NCBI GenBank assembly: GCA_947626095.1
Contig: CANQQV010000023.1
Location: forward strand, 1-19,554
Direction: 5' to 3'
DNA length: 19,554 nucleotides
From: an uncultured Bacilli bacterium
GTDB taxonomy: Bacteria; Bacillota_I; Bacilli_A; RF39; UBA660
Part shown: piece after piece, positions 16,320 to 19,554 of the stretch
Layout of the letters: each line of letters starts with the position of its first letter
Position numbering within the stretch: the stretch's first letter is position 1
Made by a program: the position numbers and the translations under genes
Notes under the pieces: generated by a model
What the model saw: only the letters and a program-made list of their open reading frames with translations
What the model was told of the DNA's origin: nothing
The model's database searches: none

Positions 16320-17018
16320 TTATGAAACCTTTTCTATTTCGATAAATCTAATTGATTTAATAACTGGTTTTTTAATTGGAGTTTGACCATCATCACCTAC
16401 TTCTGTATTAGCTAACTTATCAACAACATCCATTCCCGCAAAAACTTTACCAAAAGCAGCATAATTACCATCTAAATACGTTGAATCTTGATGAACAATA
16501 AAGAATTGACTAGAAGCACTATTCATTGTTGCTTCAGTTTCTGGATTACCACCACGACGCGCCATTGATACGACACCTCTTGTATGAGACATCTTATTTT
16601 CAACACCATTAAGTTCAAATTCACCTTTAATTTCTTCATCAGATCCCCCAGTACCATTACCATTTGGATCTCCTGTTTGAATCATAAAGTCTTTCATAAT
16701 ACGATGGAAAGTCAAACCATCATAAAAATGTTCATTAACTAGCTTTTGAAAATTAGCTATCGTAATTGGTGCATCAGCATTAGATAACACAATTAAAATA
16801 ATATCGCCATTTTGCATTTGGATTTTAACACGACTAGTTATTTCATCAGTTTCCTTAAACTTATAACCTTCTATTTCGCCTTCCGTTATTTCTTCTGTCA
16901 CAATTTTTTCCTCCTCTTGATTATCATTATTTTTAACTTCTTCCTTATCTTTACCACAACTACTTAGTAAAAAGGGACATAATAACAAAAATAATATTAA
17001 TAATATTTTTCTCTTCAT
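16320..17018 (-). CDS. Cyclophilin-type peptidyl-prolyl isomerase, lipoprotein
   Basis: APITIANF, FYDGLTFHRI..FMIQ.GDP, H.RG.VSMAR, SSQFFI, LDG.YAAFG. Lipobox LSSC. Start likely ATG 17018 after a GGTGA RBS; the ORF track uses 17030. Confidence 0.93.
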   Translation of the reverse strand: MKRKILLILFLLLCPFLLSSCGKDKEEVKNNDNQEEEKIVTEEITEGEIEGYKFKETDEITSRVKIQMQNGDIILIVLSNADAPITIANFQKLVNEHFYDGLTFHRIMKDFMIQTGDPNGNGTGGSDEEIKGEFELNGVENKMSHTRGVVSMARRGGNPETEATMNSASSQFFIVHQDSTYLDGNYAAFGKVFAGMDVVDKLANTEVGDDGQTPIKKPVIKSIRFIEIEKVS

Positions 17019-17047
17019 TTTAATCACCATTACTATAATAACAAATA

Positions 17048-17755
17048 TTACTTTCTTTTTAAAGTATTTAAATACTCTTTCATTTCCTTAGTTACACGAT
17101 AAGACTCTCTTATTTTACTTATTGCTTTATTATGTGTAAAAGTATTTAACCTATCCCTTTTTAAATAATTTATCGTTTCTTCTTCATAATTAATATATAT
17201 TTCACATATTAACCAAGCCTCAGCCATATTAATATAATATTTATCTGTTTGAGTACCATCTAATAAACTAAAAATCTCCTCTAAATACTCTTTCTTAATA
17301 AAGAAATTTAAAATAATTATTAAACCAACACGTGCAACAAACTCTTTCTTAGAATTTGCTAATTTTAAAGCCATTTTAAAGTACTTATCTGGTTTACTAC
17401 TCATAATCTTTAAACTATTACAAAACGAATCACATATCGCCCAATTATCAATCTTTTTAAGATAATTATTAAAATACTTACTAAATATCTTTTCATCTTT
17501 TATATTCGCAATAACTAAGCCTTCAATTAAAACTTCTTCATAATAAGTATCAGTAACTAAATTTAAAAATTCTTCATAATCACCTTTACTTATTTGTTTA
17601 GCAATATTCCTTAAAAGTGGAATCTTAATTCCTAGCATCAAATACTTCGTTTGACATAAACTACTTTGAAACTCTCTATACTTAGAATCAGCCAAAATAT
17701 TTAAATATTTTAAATATTCTTGATATGTTTTCTGGTTCCAAACTTGTATCTCCAT
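17048..17755 (-). CDS. DNA alkylation repair protein (AlkD-like HEAT repeat)
   Basis: LGIKIP.LR..AK, YYEE, IDNWAICD, EF..R, YYINMA.AW, NKAISK..ESYR. Confidence 0.88.
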   Translation of the reverse strand: MEIQVWNQKTYQEYLKYLNILADSKYREFQSSLCQTKYLMLGIKIPLLRNIAKQISKGDYEEFLNLVTDTYYEEVLIEGLVIANIKDEKIFSKYFNNYLKKIDNWAICDSFCNSLKIMSSKPDKYFKMALKLANSKKEFVARVGLIIILNFFIKKEYLEEIFSLLDGTQTDKYYINMAEAWLICEIYINYEEETINYLKRDRLNTFTHNKAISKIRESYRVTKEMKEYLNTLKRK

Positions 17756-17808
17756 AACATCACCAAACTTAATATATCATAAATTCAATTATTTGGTATT
17801 TTTTTACA

Positions 17809-17837
17809 TTGCATTATTAATAATTATTTTATATAAT
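17809..17837 (+). promoter_or_regulatory. Sigma-A promoter of the Y-family polymerase operon
   Basis: TTGCAT-N17-TATAAT. Confidence 0.8.
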
Positions 17838-17844
17838 TAATTCA

Positions 17845-17858
17845 AGAACAATTGTTTG
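17845..17858 (+). promoter_or_regulatory. LexA (Cheo) SOS box
   Basis: aGAAC-AATT-GTTTg versus the Firmicutes consensus cGAAC-N4-GTTCg, located at the predicted transcription start of a translesion polymerase. Confidence 0.8.
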
Positions 17859-17874
17859 TGGTTGGTGATGCGTA

Positions 17875-19143
17875 ATGAGCGATAACATTTATCTTAAAAG
17901 AAATATTTTAAGTATCGATTTAAAAAGCTTTTTTGCTTCTTGTGAATGTGTTGAACGTGGTTTAGATCCATTTACTACTCCTTTAGTTGTTGCTAATCCC
18001 AAACAAGGAGATGGAGCCATTACTTTAGCTGTTACACCTTACTTAAAAAAACAAGGCGTTAAATCCCGTAGTCGTTTATTTGAAATACCTAAAAATATTA
18101 AATACACAATTGTTCCACCTCGTATGAGTCTTTATATCCAAAAAAGTGAAGAAGTTATTAGTGTTTATTTAGATTACGTAGCTCAAGAAGATCTCCACGT
18201 CTACTCTATCGACGAATGTTTTTTAGATGTTACTGACTATTTAAAAATGTATAAAAAAACTGATTATGAATTAGCTAAAGAAATATTACATGAAATAACT
18301 AAGCGAACCGGTTTAACCGCTAACGCTGGTATTGGTCCTAATATCTTATTAGCTAAAGTTGCTATGGATACCGAAGCTAAAAAATTTAAAGATGGTATCG
18401 CCAAATGGACATATGAAGATGTTCAAAAAAAGTTATGGCTAATTACTCCACTATCTAAAATGTGGGGCATTGGACCTCGTATGGAAAAAAGACTAAATGC
18501 TTTAGGTATCAAATCCGTAGGTGAATTAGCCTTATATGATAAAAATAAATTAAAGGATAAATTCGGTGTAATGGGCTTAGAACTATGGGAACACGCTAAT
18601 GGTATTGATTTATCTAAAATCAGTGATTTAGCTAATGCTAAACCTCTTGATAAATCATATTCTAATAGCCAAGTTCTATTCAAAGATTATAATGGTAATA
18701 ACGTTAAAATTATCATTAGTGAAATGGTTGATGTCGTTTGTAAAAGATTACGTACTAATAATAAACAAGCAACCGTTATTGGCTTAGCAATCGGTTATTC
18801 TAAAACCTTTGGTGGTGGTTTTTATCATGTTATGAAACTCGATACTCCAACTGACAGCAGTAAAGTTATTCTTAACATTTGCCTTCTCTTATTCGATCGC
18901 TTTTATACTAATCTTCCAATTAGAAAAGTTGGCGTTAGTGCAGGTCGATTAACTGATAAAAATAGTATCCAACTAAATTTATTCGAAGATTTTAATGATG
19001 AACAAAAAGAAGAAGCTAAAGATAAAATTGTTGATGAAATAACAAGTAAATTTGGTAAAAATAGTTTACTTAAAGCCTCTGCTTTACTTAGTGATTCAAC
19101 AATTAAAGAAAGAAATAAAAAGATTGGAGGTCATAGCGCATGA
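17875..19143 (+). CDS. Y-family translesion DNA polymerase (UvrX/PolY2/UmuC-like)
   Basis: IDLKSFFAS.E, SIDE catalytic motif, GIGPN.LLAK.A.D, MWGIG HhH, QLNLF clamp-binding motif, C-terminal IGGH. Confidence 0.95.
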   Translation: MSDNIYLKRNILSIDLKSFFASCECVERGLDPFTTPLVVANPKQGDGAITLAVTPYLKKQGVKSRSRLFEIPKNIKYTIVPPRMSLYIQKSEEVISVYLDYVAQEDLHVYSIDECFLDVTDYLKMYKKTDYELAKEILHEITKRTGLTANAGIGPNILLAKVAMDTEAKKFKDGIAKWTYEDVQKKLWLITPLSKMWGIGPRMEKRLNALGIKSVGELALYDKNKLKDKFGVMGLELWEHANGIDLSKISDLANAKPLDKSYSNSQVLFKDYNGNNVKIIISEMVDVVCKRLRTNNKQATVIGLAIGYSKTFGGGFYHVMKLDTPTDSSKVILNICLLLFDRFYTNLPIRKVGVSAGRLTDKNSIQLNLFEDFNDEQKEEAKDKIVDEITSKFGKNSLLKASALLSDSTIKERNKKIGGHSA

Positions 19144-19451
19144 CAGATCGTGGAATGATTAAATGGCAACCATTTAATGCTGTTGCTAGTGGTAGCTATA
19201 TGATTAACAATGTCTTAAGAAAAAAAGAAAAAATCACAATGCCCACTCTCTCTGAAGACCAACAAAATGAATTACAAGAAAAAATTTTAAATACCTACCA
19301 AACTCAACAAGATATTACAATAAAATACTATAAAGGTGGTCGCATATACTCTAGTGAAGGAAAAATAGTAAAAATTGACCAAAACAACCATAATCTCACT
19401 ATAAATAACGGTTTAAAAGTCTTTTTTGCGCAAATTATTGAAATTTCTTAA
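19140..19451 (+). CDS. YolD-like accessory protein
   Basis: DRGMIKW.PF and P.LSEDQ motifs; ATGA overlap with the polymerase gene. Confidence 0.9.
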   Translation: MTDRGMIKWQPFNAVASGSYMINNVLRKKEKITMPTLSEDQQNELQEKILNTYQTQQDITIKYYKGGRIYSSEGKIVKIDQNNHNLTINNGLKVFFAQIIEIS

Positions 19452-19459
19452 AAAAGTTC

Positions 19460-19488
19460 TTGCAAGCTCAAAGAATATATGATATTAT
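19460..19488 (+). promoter_or_regulatory. Sigma-A promoter of the tRNA gene
   Basis: TTGCAA-N17-TATTAT with TGn extension, 12 nt before the tRNA 5' end. Confidence 0.7.
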
Positions 19489-19500
19489 TGATATGTTCTT

Positions 19501-19554
19501 GGGGGATTAGCTCAGCTGGCTAGAGCACCTGCCCTGCACGCAGGGGGTCGCGGG
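19501..19554 (+). tRNA. tRNA-Ala(UGC), 3' end truncated by the window
   Basis: GGGGGAT acceptor strand, D-arm GCTC/GAGC, anticodon arm CCTGC-CC-TGC-AC-GCAGG, variable loop GGGTC, start of T-stem. Confidence 0.9.

Noticed and set aside
15890-16386. Plus-strand ORFs 15890-16126 and 16123-16386
   Set aside because: Antisense shadows of the K/E-rich gene.
18423-18683. 86-aa minus-strand ORF
   Set aside because: Antisense within the polymerase gene.
19140-19143. Mycoplasma-type UGA=Trp recoding
   Set aside because: All genes are full length under the standard code, and TGA ends the polymerase at its conserved IGGH C-terminus in an ATGA overlap.
17875-19554. Prophage/ICE boundary at tRNA-Ala next to polY-yolD
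   Set aside because: No integrase, att duplication or phage genes, and the cassette lies on the 5' side of the tRNA among housekeeping genes.

Overview
AT-rich chromosomal segment of a low-GC Bacillota. It uses the standard genetic code; gene content suggests a reduced-genome gut Bacilli lineage such as RF39, which is inference only. In order: a large acidic repeat protein with a C-terminal zinc ribbon; a T-box-controlled proS-serS operon; a membrane-anchored HipA/CtkA-like protein with degenerate catalytic motifs; a two-gene spore coat (YuzM-like + Coat F) pair behind a sigma-G-like promoter; a DUF3592-type membrane protein; a sufCDSU operon without sufB; a LysR gene followed by a radical SAM / tandem MazG-like / Nudix cassette; a membrane thioredoxin-like protein; a cyclophilin lipoprotein; an AlkD-like repair protein; an SOS-box-controlled Y-family polymerase + YolD; and the 5' part of a tRNA-Ala(UGC). 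The best candidate for an undescribed system is the radical SAM + MazG-like + Nudix cassette (11839-14189), possibly nucleotide-modifying or defensive, with a LysR-type site at about -64. Also notable: a Ser-specifier T-box ahead of proS, the HipA-like pseudokinase, and the sporulation signature. No CRISPR array or mobile element was seen.
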